Assembly: GCA_964016885.1 (NCBI GenBank)
Contig: OZ024743.1
Coordinates: 366,358,001 to 366,422,000, forward strand
DNA length: 64,000 nt
Source: Eledone cirrhosa
Taxonomy: Eukaryota
Direction: 5' to 3'
The position numbers were made by a program, and so were the translations under genes. A model generated the notes under the pieces. That model did no database searches, was not told the DNA's origin, and was given only the letters and a program-made list of their open reading frames with translations. Positions 12,973 through 26,800 of this stretch are shown one piece after another (the first letter of the stretch is position 1; every line of letters begins with the position of its first letter).

Positions 12973-15079
12973 GAAAGCTACTCAGAGCCCACTCAGAAAT
13001 CTAATTAACCTACTTCATTATTTCCCATCTTTCAGATGGTGTATGACTTCAGCAGCACCAGTTAAGTTTGGACAAAAAGCAACACACTGAGGTGAGTTTA
13101 CAACTCTCTGTCTTCATCATAATTTCCTATTTAAACTTCTTTACACTGTTGTTGTTGAAGAATCTGTTACCAAACTACATTTTTATTTCATTCAGTTTAG
13201 TTTACTTTAGCAATTTTTCATTGAGGAAAATTTTTGCAAGATTTCTACAAGGGTTTTTTTTTAATCATTTTCTTCTTTTTTCCTTGTCTGTATTTATTAT
13301 TTGTTTATTAATTTTTTTTGTTGAAAATTCCATTGTATTCATTACAAAATATAGTATTTATGGTAATTTTATTCAGGCAACGAATTGGCAGAGTTGTTAG
13401 AGTGTTGGGATTTGTACTGACACTCTACGGTTTTAGTTCAAATCCTGTCCAGGTCAACTTTGTAGTTCATCCTTTTGGGATGAGATAAATGAAGCCCCAG
13501 TCCAGTGGTGGTGAACTGGCAGAATTGTTAGTTGGCAGATTTGTGCATTCTGAGATCAAATCCCACCTTCTGCTACAAATTATGACCATCAGATAGTTTC
13601 AGCAATGAAAAGACCAATGAAAGCATAGTTTTTTGCAGCCTGATCTGATGATTTGTTCTTTTCCCTTTTCCATTCAAAGCATATTCTCTTTGTTCCAGTT
13701 AAAACCATATTTCAGTGTGTGTACATATATCTCCACTTAAGTTTTTTGTATCCTTCCTTCTTCATACTACCACAACAATCAGATGCCTTTCACCATGACA
13801 GGCTCACATAAATGTTATACAATGGTTGGGAGCCTTTCACTCATTTTGATTGATTAATTAATTAAATTTTTCATGAAATATTAAATAAATTCTCTCTTCA
13901 CCTCCATGAATAAATGGATCAATCAAAATGAAACTTTTATTCTTAACTGTTAGAGAATGGAAGAGAGATTAGAGATATATCTCAAGTATTGTATGTAATA
14001 TTGTTTGATGCCTTATAGTTCGAAGTTTATATAATCATCATCACCATTTTTCCATGCTTGCATGGGTTGGATAGGTCTTCTCCAGTTTAACATCTTGTCA
14101 CCTTGTCTTTTGTCATCTCCTTAGTGAGGTTCAGGTTCTTGAGATCAACCTTTTACACTGTTTCTATGTCTTCTCCAGTCTATCTTTTCTACAGGTTCTT
14201 TCTACTTGGATTGCTTGGCACATTTTTTTACCCAGCTGTCATCCTTCTTACAATACCTGTCTCCTCTTTGTATTCCCAGTTTTTCTCCTTCAGGATACAC
14301 TGCAAAAGGGCTGAAATATTTTCTTTCTTTCATCCTTTCTTGGTCTATGAAATAAATAACAGTTTTATACTAAAATAGTCCCTTTACGTTCTGGGTTCAA
14401 ATCCTGCCAATGTCGACTTCATTTTTCATTCTTCTGGGAGCAATAAAATAAAGTACTTGTCAAGTGCAGAGTTTGATGTAATTGGCTGTTCTCTACTCCC
14501 AAATGTGCAGTGTTTATACCTGAGTCAGAGCAAACAATGTTGTATGCTAGGATCAAATCAGTTGATAATACTTACTTCATGTACTAAAAGACTCTTTGGT
14601 CATAATAATAATTATTATTATTACAGTGCAGCTGTGGCTATACATGCCTTTCTACTGCCTGTGTCTAAACATTTTAGGTAACAATGTAGACAGAGACATC
14701 CTCTTAACTCTTCCTCCTTGATCCATTAGAATATCCAGGATTAGCACTGGGCTAGTACTTTCTTTATCGATCCTGAAAAGATGATAGATGAAGTGGACGT
14801 TGGCAGGATTTGTACTCAGAACACAGAAGGTATGAACATATATATCATCATAATACAAGCTGTCTGACATTCTAAAGCCTAGCAATCGACTGCCTCCAGA
14901 GAATTATAAAGTGGGTAGAAGACAAATTGAATAAATAATCACTGAATAAACTAAAATAAAAATTCCTGTAGCAGGAATGCCACCTGCATTAAGTCTTTAA
15001 CTTGCAGAGAAATGGTGCCATGGAAAAGTTTAGTAATTTATCTGTAAAGCAGATGGTCTTGGTGTTATTTCTTAAGCCC

Positions 15080-15470
15080 ACTACCACCAACTGTCTCAGC
15101 CAAATACTAGTACTACCGCTACCAATACCAACAATTCAACACCACCACCACCATTACCACTATTAATACTACCATTATTACTGATACTTCCTCCCTGGCA
15201 CCTGTATTGCTGCCATTGGAGAAGCTTTATCATTGGTGTCACCACTACTACTGTTACTGCTACCATTACTACCCTTTTTGCCATGACCACCACTACCATC
15301 ACCTAACACCACAATCACTATCACTACCATTACTGTTAACAGAACTATTACCAACACTACAACAACCACCACTACCATAACCACCATATCACTACTATCA
15401 TCATCACCAATACCACCACACACAACCACCTCTACTTCCACCATCCCCATCACCCCACCACCAACAACTC
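15080..15470. repeat. Degenerate (ACC/ACT)n low-complexity tract
   Basis: Direct reading. Confidence 0.8.
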
Positions 15471-15799
15471 CCTTCTCATCTATTTATCATTACATTAATA
15501 TTTTTACATCTGCTAAATTACAAAATCAGAAATTAAAGTTGTTAGAAATTAGAAATAAAATAACATGAAAAAAAACAAAAGCAAATGCCCCAAAGAAAAC
15601 AAACAAAACAAGGCATTATCTGTTTCTGTAATTTCAAATAATAGACATTTATTTGAAGACTCAGTCAACCATTAAATAGATTTTACTGTACATGGAGTAT
15701 AGTGGGGGTTGGTGGTGCTTATAATGTAGCTGGTTAGGGCTATTGATATCATGGGGTTTTGTTTCATTGCTTATCTCATCATTAATTAAAAACTTTCAG

Positions 15800-15959
15800 A
15801 TGCAGATATGACCAAATAGTTAAGAGGTTTGCTTCAAAATCATAAAGTTCTAAGTTCAGTCCCACTGTGTGGTATCTTGGGCAAGTGTCTATTACCGTAG
15901 CTTTGAGTCAACCAAAGACTTAGAAGTAAAATTGGTTAGGCGGAAACTGTTTGGTAGTC

Positions 15960-16017
<58 letters not shown>

Positions 16018-16122
16018 GGGATGTATGTGTGGTTAAGAAGTTTGCTTCAGACTCATTCAGTTTGTATAGTCCCATCTTGTAGTGCTTTGGACAAGAGTCT
16101 TTCATTATAGCCCTGGGCTAAG
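15800..16122 (+). mobile_element. Two degenerate SINE family 3 copies (another at 19600-19778, minus strand)
   Basis: GGTTAAGAAGTTTGCTTC..GTTCAGTCCCACTG..TTGGGCAAGTGTCT..TAGC motif. Confidence 0.55.
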
Positions 16123-17784
16123 TTTTATCTCCTTATCTCATAAATAGATACCAATAGATAAGATTCAGACTGCAATAAGTATTGGAATTTATATGGTCCA
16201 CTAAAATTCCTAAAGGCAGTGTGTGAGAAAAGCGATAGGCCAATAACTAAGGAGCTTTGTAGGGGTGAAAACTTTTTAAGAACTGAGTAATCTGAGAAAA
16301 AGTGAAGTATATCTTCTTCACTAATTCCTAGACATGCCTTCTGGAGGGTCCTATCAGAAGTAAACATTTTCAACTGATCCAGCTAAATCCCCAAGCAAGA
16401 TCATCCATCTTGATCATGGTCTACCTCTAGGTCTCTTGCTAAAATTTGTCAAGCAAGTCTTTCTTTAGACATTCTAACCAAATATTCGGAATAAAATAAA
16501 ATGAAAAATTAAATTTACAGCTCACTCTTATACAAAATTAGGACTTCCTACGAAGTTGTATATCTTATAGAAGTTTCTGGGTGTTTTAATTGTTGGGGTA
16601 ATCTGAGGCTAAGCAAAGCAAATAGTATCAGAAATATGAAAGTGTCTTTGACTGTTATTTTTCCTTCAGAGATGCTTACCCAGTTTTCAGACATATAATC
16701 ATTAGAAAAAAAGAATTTCAAGATAAACAAAACCAAACAAATCAGCATTTGTCAAAATCATTCATTTGTAAAGAGATGAATGGGAAGAAAGAGGCACAAC
16801 ACGTGTTAGAGGAATAAAGAAAGAAACAAAATAATGTATTGTAAGGAATTTACAATTTCAGAACTTCTGAAAGCTAGAAGCAGCTGTTGTGCATAGAGAT
16901 GTAACATGAAAGACCCAGTGCACATTTTATGATGTGCTTGCTTGTTAAAAGATCATTAAAAACAAATAATTTCTCTTATTTGTTTTGTATTTAAAGATAA
17001 ACTAGATTTGATATCATTGCATGCAACCATATTTGAACTTATATGTAATCTTTTTTTCTTCTATTGCTTAGTCAGCAAGGAAGGGTAATACTCATGACCC
17101 TTTTCAGGCCCTCTGAGATGAGCCTGTTGGGAGGAAGCGAGGAAGATATTCTTAAATCTGAGATCTTGGAATGCTTGTAAAAGAGTGGACTCTGCTAAAT
17201 CGCACTCAAGGTCCAGATGATGGTGTTAAACTGGGTAACTGATGAAGTCTACCACTCAACTAGGCCAATATTTAAACTCATAATGCAAAGAGTTAGAACA
17301 AAAACTACAAAAGTTATCCTATCCAGTGCTCTAAAGACGCTGCTAGCCTACTGTCCTAATCTGGTACTTTATTTTATTCCCCCCAAAAGTTGACCTCCAC
17401 TGGATTTGAACAAATATTGCAAGGCATTTTGTGCTATGCCATAATGACTTTGATTCACCAACTTGTTAGATGAACATATAAAAAAAAATATTTATAATAA
17501 TTTGCTTTATTTGTTTTGCTTTTAAATCTAAACTAGTTTTAATAGCAATGTACTTACTTAGAATGACATTTGAGCTTATGTGTAAATTATATACAGAGAG
17601 CAGTTTGTATTGAAATATGAATAATATATAAGGATATACATTTACATGTATATAAGCATACATACTTAAGATTTTGTTTGTTCAGGTTCAGAAATGTTTG
17701 AGATTTTATTTGAAATATTGTCACTTTAGAGTGAGTTATATTTTTTACATTATTATTTATAGGAAAATATGTTGCTTCTGTGGT

Positions 17785-17952
<168 letters not shown>

Positions 17953-18199
17953 AACACAAATATTATCAAACACATGCACAAGTGCATACACAGGGATACG
18001 GGTGTATGTGTGTGCATATTCATTCACACACACTTCCTACAACACACTTAACCTGCCCACACACACATGCATCATAATATGCCACCACTTACACACAACC
18101 ACCAACTACACGTTGTCCCCCCCCCCCCCATACACACACCGGACTACTCCCCGCCTCCCCCTCTCCTTTTTATTTTCTTTCTAATTTTATTTTAGAAAA

Positions 18200-18950
18200 A
18201 CATTTCCATTTTTCATTTTCTTTACACTTTTCCTTTTGTGTTTTTGCTGATGAAGGGCAATTGCCCGATACATCGACTATGCAACTCACTTTCTTGTTTC
18301 CTTGATATATACTTCCACAATTAAGCGGACTCCCACTCAGACCCTCGGATTACCCTTGGATTACTCTTGGATTTCCATCAGATTACCTACAGTCTCCGAC
18401 TCTTGGACCTTTTGAACTGCATTCACAACACCAATCTGCTGCGACTACACCACCTCTACTCCTCCCTAAAAGTCTACCTTACCCCCTTCCCTACTTCTGC
18501 ATCCAGCCCGCACTGCACCTGTCTCGCCTTCTCTTCAAAAAACCCCAATACTCCAGGCATATCACCTTTCTCAGCTGCTGCCTTGACCTCCATCTCATTC
18601 TCCGGAGTTTCTACCTCCAATTCCACCCCATAACCTAATTGTCCCCCTCTGTCAACCCCATCCTCAACCAATCTTTTCATGTGCACCACACTCAGCTCCA
18701 CCTCCTAGATCTGTACATCGACTGCGACCTCCTACACATGTCAACATGAATGGACCTGTTATTTTTCTCTAAAAACATTTTTTCCAATTCCAACCTTCCC
18801 ATCCCCTCAATCTATCTTATTTCTCATTCTTTCTTCTGATGAAGAACTAGCATCCAAAACGTTAAGACCCTCTTCCTGCTATTTTAAGTATTAACCTAAT
18901 ATATTCCTTCCATATACTGTACCGATTGTGTTGTTATTTCTGTTTACTTT
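18200..18950 (+). mobile_element. Penelope-like element relic (Neptune-like N-terminal region) bracketed by two decayed hammerhead motifs
   Basis: Frame reads ALHLSRLLFKKPQYSRHITFLSCCLDLHLILRSFYLQFHP (resembles the PLE N-terminal H..FL..C....LIPKGF motif); CTGATGAAGGGCAATTGCCCGATACATCGAC at 18247 and TCTTCTGATGA..AAAACGTTAAGA at 18832. Confidence 0.5.
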
Positions 18951-21459
18951 TTACATGCATATATATATATATATGTATGGAAAAATGAGAGAGCTCTATA
19001 CTATACAGTTTCCTTGATACAACAGTAATTCAAAAACTGGCTTAAGATGTTCTCAGCCATTGTAGCCATTGTAGATACTGTTTTAGACTGCCACGCTACG
19101 TGCTGCAGAGCTCAAAATTTATAAATGGAGATATATATATATATGTGCACATATAAACTCTCATATGACGAGAGGTCAAAAAAGTGTCGAGCCATTATCT
19201 TGATTGTGCTCTGAGCTGATCAATATCGAAACAATTGTCATATGCAAATAAAGTTGTACTTATGCTGCAACATTGACTTCGATTCTTTTAATATATATAT
19301 ACGGACGTTAAACGGTGATGATGATGATATATATATAAATATAAAGTTATTCTCTTATTTTCATATAGATGTAAATGAATAAAACCTTCTTTTGCATAAG
19401 GGAATAAATCTTTTACTCATTTCAGTTATTGAGCTATGGTCATGCTGAAGCATCATATATATGTATTTTAGTTGATTCTATTAAGCTCAGCACCTACATC
19501 AGTCTGATAATTATTTTATCCAATGTTCAGATTACCTTTTTGGAATGTAACTCAATACACTAGTTTACAAAAACATGGTTACTTGCCTATTTACACACAC
19601 ACACATACATACATGATGTATAGTTTCCATTGACCTAATTCCATTCACAAGCCACTAGTCATCAACAGGAGGCTACTGTATGAGCCAGTTATCCAACATT
19701 CTATACACTAGGATCAAACCTAGACACACATAGTTGTGAAGCAAACGTCTTAACCATATGGCTGCTGTCCGTGCCTGTATACAATGAGTTTATATACATT
19801 TGAATATATTAATATAAAATATTCTATTATTTTTTAATTACTTTTTGAGGAGGAGGGACATTTCTCTTGGACTGTTCTATAGCATATTTTCTTTGATGTT
19901 CATTTACATTGACTGATATTCCAACTATCATATACAAAATTTTTCAACTAGCAATAACCACGCCTCGGATAACCCTCATTGGTTATGGTACCGCCTCTGC
20001 GCATTGCCTATATTTCTAATTATAGGCAACAGATTGGCAGAATCGATAGAAAATGCCTTGCTGTATTTGTTCTGGTTCTTGATGTTCTGTTCAAATCTTG
20101 CTGCGGTCAACTTTACCTTGCATCCCTATACCTGAAGAGGGATGAGCATCACCAGGTCTAAAATATCTCATGACTCGATCAAGAGTTCAGAGTCTAACAA
20201 AATAAAAATACTAAAATTGCAGAACATGCCTCTAAATCCTAGTTTCTTACTAACCTTACCTTTGTAAATATATTTTACATAGTATACTCATTAAACTTTG
20301 CACATTTCTGTTTTGGATTGCTTTCGCAGATCCTTTTGTTTTTACACTTAGATTTTCTTTGTCTTAAAAGCATCCTACTGTTAACACAGATCAAATAAAG
20401 GAATTCTTTGTTGTCAGTCAACCAAAGTCCTGAAAACATTTCCAAACAAATTAAATGATAATCATTATGTTGCATGTTGTCTCAGTCTCAGTGAAGGTAT
20501 GTGGCCTAGTGGTTAGGGTATTTCACTCATCATCATTAGGTCATGGGTTTATTCCTAGACAGGGTGGCATGTTATGTTCTTGAGCAAAACACTTCATAGC
20601 AAGTTGTTTAGTGATTGGACTTGGGCCCCTATCATTTAAACACATGAGAAATGTCCTATGAGACGCAACCTCAAAGGACAGCCAAACTTACATAAATGTG
20701 AGCTATAAATTTCACTATTTTTTCATTTCGTTTGTCTTAGTATCTAGTAGCTATGGTCCGATCATTTGAATAAGATGAACTATCTATATTAGCAAGATAT
20801 CAATATTGAAGTATTTGGTTTATTTTCTGCCAAATCAGAATTAATGGATTAATTCTTTACAATATGTATGCAATTAATTGTAATAAGGCATGCTGGTAGA
20901 GTTATAGAACAAAATGACTTGTGCCATTTGTTTTGTAAATTACATATTACTGAAAGGAGGTAGAAATAAACCCTGTCAATTTTGATGGGTACTATACAAT
21001 CACACATACAAAGACGTTTGTTACAGTCTTATTATCTAAAATTTAGATGAGACTGTAAAGATTCCAAACAAATAACAAAAATGTTATTCATATGATACTA
21101 CAGTACTAGAGATAAATCCACACAGTTTATTTTTATGATGATGCTCTTGCTTTGATCTGGCCGTGTTTTTGCTATTAGAAGTCTTAGTTCCGCCACCAAG
21201 ATTGGCTACTTTATTGCAACCCTACTTATATGAGAAAGAATTCCTCTAATTTTGCTTCTTCTTCTCGTCAGTAGTGCATATTTAGAGATTTAATGTTAAA
21301 TACATAAACATGGTATAGGGTAAGCAAGTTAAGACACATATTGTCTTCTGAAATTCTCTAGTCTGATATTTATGTGAACATGTGCAGAAAGTTATTCCCA
21401 GTTGATATATATATATGTATGTATATACATATATATATATATATATGTATATATATAAA

Positions 21460-21628
21460 GAAGGAGGCGTGGTAAGGAACCAGATGGACCATTACATGCC
21501 AGAGTACTCAATACTTAGGGTAGTAGAGTGGGTAATAGGAAAATGTTTAACCCCGACGGCAGAGCTCAGTCAAGAAATAGCTGTCGAAACGGCTTGAGCT
21601 CTGCCGTCGGGGTTAAACATTTTCCTAT
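21460..21628. repeat. TA-flanked island with perfect 34-bp inverted repeat (26-nt spacer); relative at 45948-46068
   Basis: 21535-21568 is the exact reverse complement of 21595-21628. Confidence 0.9.
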
Positions 21629-21719
21629 ATATATATATATATATATGTGTGCGTATATATATATATATATATGTGTATATATATATATGTGTGTATATAT
21701 ATATATGTATATGTATATA

Positions 21720-22193
21720 CTAAAAAACAAAACCTGTCAAAGGGCAAAGGAGCTCTTAAGAGTCAATGGCCATCCAAAATCACCGGGAGAGATGACCCCT
21801 TAGCCTTTGTCAAGGCAGAATTCTAGGAGAAGGAAAACTCTGATATAACACCTGCAACCTTGATGGTATCCAATGATGTTGACTTGTTCTTCTTTTTGGT
21901 AAATATCATCTTGGTTAAGAGAGTGGGACTGGCTTTGTGCAGTGCCTTTGCTCACTATAAAAGCTTCACGGCACAGGCATTGCTTTATATCTGGAGATCT
22001 CTCTGCACTTGTCCTCACATGGTACCATGGGCCCAGCACTATGTGTCAATAATTGTCACAAGTGTAGTGTTTGTACCAGAGTTTTCAAGTCGCTGGCTGG
22101 ACTAAAAAGTCACACTCATGCAGCGCTTCGGTAGGGGTTCTCCTACATGGATATAAAGTAGTGGCCGTACTCGAAAACGAGTTGGCAGCCACC
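21720..22193 (+). mobile_element. Bipartite non-autonomous RTE derivative (5'-UTR motif joined to C2H2-finger 3' end)
   Basis: TAGCCTT..AGGCA..TCTAGGAGAAGGAAAACTCTGA (RTE 5'-UTR-type motif), then [17 protein letters not shown] and terminal hairpin GTGGCCGTACTCGAAAACGAGTTGGCAGCCAC. Confidence 0.6.
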
Positions 22194-22238
22194 ATATGTA
22201 TATATATGTATGTATATGTATATATATGTATATATATG

Positions 22239-22281
<43 letters not shown>

Positions 22282-22283
22282 GT

Positions 22284-23326
22284 ATTATCATCATCACCGT
22301 TTTACGTCCGTTCTTCCACGCTAGCATGGAATAGACGGGTTGTCCTGTTGTGGGCAGTGTCTGGTCGGCTGACCATGCCTTGCTCATACAGGAACTGATT
22401 TTGGCTTGATTTCTACAGCTGGATGCCCTTCCTAACACCAACCTCATTTACAGTGAGTGCTGGGTGCTTTTTCTGTGGTGCCTACATGTCCACCTACAGT
22501 GTGGGCTGGGTGCATTTTTGCCGTGGCACCTCCACGACCAACTTGCAGTGGGAGGGTGTGGGGGCATATTGTCTATATGCTTCAGCTTGTACCCATGGGA
22601 GGTCGGGTACTCTCTATTACTGCGTGACGCCAGAGGTCACGGTTGTGTGTCATCGCCTTTGAGAGGTATAATTGGGTAAGGTCGGCTTTTATCACCTCAT
22701 CCCATGTCTTCTTGGGTCTCCCCACACCGCGGTTTCCATTGACTTCTAGTGCTCTGCACCTTTTTATGCAGCTGTCATCCTTCATAAGCATCACGTGTCC
22801 ATACCAACGCAACCGCCTCTCCTGCACACAGCATTTGATTCCTCTTATGCTCAGTCTCTCTCTCAATTCATTTATGCTTTGTCGTTCGCGTATATTACTA
22901 TTACACATCCATCGGAGTATGCAGGCTTTGTTTCTTTCTAATCTACGTAAGTCTTCCACCTTCAGCGCCCAGGTCTCACTACTATGTAACATTGCTGTTC
23001 GGATACACGCATCATACAGTGTGCCTTTCTTTCTGAGGGAGAAACCTTTTGCAGCTAGCAGTGGCAGTAGTTCCCTGAACTTCTTCCATCCCGTTCTTAC
23101 CCTAGTTATTGTACTTTCTGAACACCCACCTCTGCTGCTAATTCGGTCACCTAGGTAGCAGAAGCTGTCTACTGTTTCTACAGAGCCCTCCCAGAGATTG
23201 GTGGTATTGTTTCCTGTGGCTGTTTGCTGCTTACTGTCCCAGCACAGCTGCTGCATGTGAAGCCTAGATTCTTAAGTTTCCTGAGATCCCGCTACATCTC
23301 TTGTGTACCCATTGTTTGCATTTGGA
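22284..23326 (-). mobile_element. 5'-truncated RTE LINE subfamily A (truncated inside the PHD-like finger)
   Basis: ORF 22582-23256 ([36 protein letters not shown]); highly similar to 50500-51444. Confidence 0.95.
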
Positions 23327-23338
23327 TATGTGTATGTG

Positions 23339-23401
<63 letters not shown>

Positions 23402-23442
23402 ATGTATATATGTGTATATATATATATATATGTATGTATATA

Positions 23443-23660
23443 TTGCTTTATATCTGGAGATCTCTATGCACTTGTCGTCACATGGTACCATGAGCCCAGC
23501 ACTATGTGTCAATAATTATCACAAGTGTAGTATTTGTACCAGAGTTTTCAAGTCACTGGTTGGACTAAAAAGTCACACTCGTTCAGCGCATTGGTAGGGG
23601 TTCTCCTACACGGATATAAAGTAGTGGCCGTACTCGGAAACGAGTTGGCAGCCACCACCA
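23443..23660 (+). mobile_element. Second copy of the C2H2-finger RTE 3' end
   Basis: [22 protein letters not shown]; closely matches 21979-22193. Confidence 0.8.
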
Positions 23661-23687
23661 TGTATATATATGTATGTATGTATACAC

Positions 23688-23719
<32 letters not shown>

Positions 23720-24631
23720 GTATATATATATGTATGTATATATGTATGTATGTATATATATATGTATGTATGTATATATGTATGTATATATATAAATATA
23801 TGTATGTATATATATATAAATATATGTATATATGTATGTATATATATAAATATATGTATGTATATATATATATATATATATAAATATATGTATGTATGTA
23901 TATATATAAATATATCTATGTATGTATGTATATATATAAATATATCTATGTATGTATGTATATATATAAATATATCTATGTATGTATATATATAAATATA
24001 TCTATGTATGTATATATATAAATATATCTATGTATGTATGTATATAAATATATCTATGTATCTATGTATGTATGTATATATATAAATATATCTATGTATG
24101 TATGTATATATATAAATATATCTATGTATATATATATATATATAAATATATGTATGTATATATATATATATATGTATGTATATATATATATATATAAATA
24201 TATGTATGTATATATAAATGTATGTATATATATAAATATATGTATGTATATATATAAATATATCTATGGATGTATGTATATATATAAATATATGTATGTA
24301 TATATATAAATATATCTATGGATGTATGTATGTATATATATAAATATATCTATGTATGTATATATATATATAAATATATGTATGTATGTATATATATATA
24401 TAAATATATGTATGTATGTATGTATATATATAAATGTATGTATGTATGTATGTATGTATGTATATATATAAATATATCTATGTATGTATGTATATATATA
24501 AATATATCTATGTATGTATGTATATATATAAATATATCTATGTATGTATGTATCTATATAAATATATGTATGTATGTATATATATATATATATAAATATA
24601 TGTATGTATATATATATATATATATATAAAT
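23661..24631. repeat. TA-derived array with higher-order ~26-30-bp unit (TATATATAAATATATCTATGTATGTATG)
   Basis: Direct reading. Confidence 0.93.
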
Positions 24632-25330
24632 ATCATCATCATCATCATCATCATCAACGTTTAACGTCCGTGTTCCACGCTTGCATGGGTTTGGACGGGG
24701 GTAGTCCCACTTGAGGCAAGAGTGATTGTCTTGCTCGCATAGGACTGTCTGGCAGGTTTTCTACAGTTGGATGCCCTTCCTAACACCAACCACATTTACA
24801 GTGTGGGTCTGGGAGGTTTTTACCGTGTTGCCTACACGGCCACATTACAGCGTGGACTGTGTGTTTTTTTGTCGTGACACCTACACGATCTCATTTGTTT
24901 CGGCCTCGATGGCGCGGCACCAACATAACTTTACATAGAACGGGGTGGTGTGGATGGGGTGGGGTTGGTGGTGGTGGGACGGGGTGTATTTTGTTAGAGA
25001 TGCCTACTGGCTGGAGTAGGTTTTACTATATATTTAGGTAAGGCGGGTCTTCTCTGTTACTGAGTACCGCCAAAGGTCTCGGTCCAGTGACATTGTCTTG
25101 GAGAGGTGTAAGTGTGTGATGTCGGAGTTTATCAGCTCGTCCCAGGTTTTTCTAGGTCTGCCTATTCCGTGACTACCGTCTATCTTTATTGCCCTGCACT
25201 TTGTTATACAGCTATCGACTTTCATGCGCATCACGTGTCCATACCAACGTAGCCTTCTCTCGAGTAAACAACATCTGATCCCTCTTATCTCTAATTTTTT
25301 CCTTAGTTCGTTTATGCTTTGCCGTTCACG

Positions 25331-25333
<3 letters not shown>
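24632..25333 (-). mobile_element. 5'-truncated RTE LINE subfamily B
   Basis: [32 protein letters not shown]; near-identical to 51955-52650. Confidence 0.95.
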
Positions 25334-25364
<31 letters not shown>

Positions 25365-25372
25365 TATATATG

Positions 25373-25432
<60 letters not shown>

Positions 25433-25470
25433 TATGTATGTATATATATATATATATATATAAATATATG

Positions 25471-25520
<50 letters not shown>

Positions 25521-25671
25521 TATGTATGTATATATATAAATATATGTATGTATGTAAGTATATATATAAATATATGTATGTATGTAAGTATATATATAAA
25601 TATATATGTATATATATAAATACATATGTATGTATGTATGTATGTATATATATAAATATATATATATATGT

Positions 25672-25702
<31 letters not shown>

Positions 25703-25727
25703 TATTGTATATATATATTTTTTTTTT

Positions 25728-26503
25728 GTCACTATGAGAGGCTGATGAATGTGGAGAAAGAATGGAATAGAGAGAAATTACCCCCAGATCCAACAGAAGG
25801 ACCAGCTATTGAGATTGACGAATATAGGGTACAAGAGGCAATTAAAGAAATGAAGAATGGTAAGGCTGCTGGACCGTCGGGGATAGTTGCTGAGATGCTG
25901 AAGACATCAGGTGATGTAGGCATTAAACCGGTTGCATGCATCATCAATCAAGTTATATATGGTGGTATCATACGCAAAGACTGGTGCAGTAGTATTCTCA
26001 TAAATTGCTACAAAGGTAAAGGGGTTGCTCTAGAGAGGAGCAATTATAGGGGCATAAAGCTGATGGATCAGGTTATGAAAGAGGCAGAGAGAATATTAGC
26101 ACAACTGGTTAGAGAAAGGGTCAAATTAGATGAGATGCAGTTTGGTTTTGTTCCTCGCAAAAGTACAACAGATGCCCTCTTCTTAGTGAGGCAACTACAA
26201 GAGAGGTTCTTAGAGAAGAATAAGCCACTACACTTAGCTTTTGTTGACCTTGGAAAGCCTTTGATAGGGTACCCCAATCTGTCATCTGGTGGTCTCTAAG
26301 GAAACTAGGTGTAGAGGAATGGCTTGTGAGGGCAGTGCAAGCTATGTACAGGGGTGCTGTCAGTAAAGTGAGAGTAGGTATGGAGTTTAGTGGGGAATTC
26401 CAGATACAAGTAGGTGTACATCAGGGTTCGGTCCTCAGCCCGCTCTTGTTCATTATAGTCTTCCAAGCCATAACAGAGGAGTTTAAGACTGGATGCCCAT
26501 GGG
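25728..26503 (+). mobile_element. Internal RT fragment of an RTE LINE
   Basis: [45 protein letters not shown]; frameshifted. Confidence 0.93.
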
Positions 26504-26553
26504 CATATACGGATTGACCAGTTCTATCCAGTGGTGAATCAACAAACCTAAAT

Positions 26554-26580
<27 letters not shown>

Positions 26581-26584
<4 letters not shown>

Positions 26585-26800
26585 AAAGATGAAATCGAAA
26601 ATGCAACTGGAGTCTTTTTAAGAATATTTATTTGATTCCTTTACCAGTTTCGCAGTTCTTGTGCTTTTCAAAAGTAGAATTGAGATGGAAGGTTTGTGGT
26701 TTTTCTCGCATGAAAAGCACAAGAACTGCAAAACCGGTAAAGGAACCAAATAAATATTCTTAAAAAGACTCCAGCTGCATTTTAGATTCCATCTTTTTTC
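26581..26800. repeat. TA-flanked ~90-bp inverted repeat (40-nt spacer) with decayed hammerhead-like motifs
   Basis: 26581-26670 vs 26711-26800; arms read TGAAAA GCA-CAAGAAC-TGC (G/A)AAA C(C/T)GG TA AAGG. Confidence 0.8.

Noticed and set aside
18474-18701. 75-aa acidic minus-strand ORF
   Set aside because: Antisense shadow of the C-rich Penelope-like relic on the plus strand
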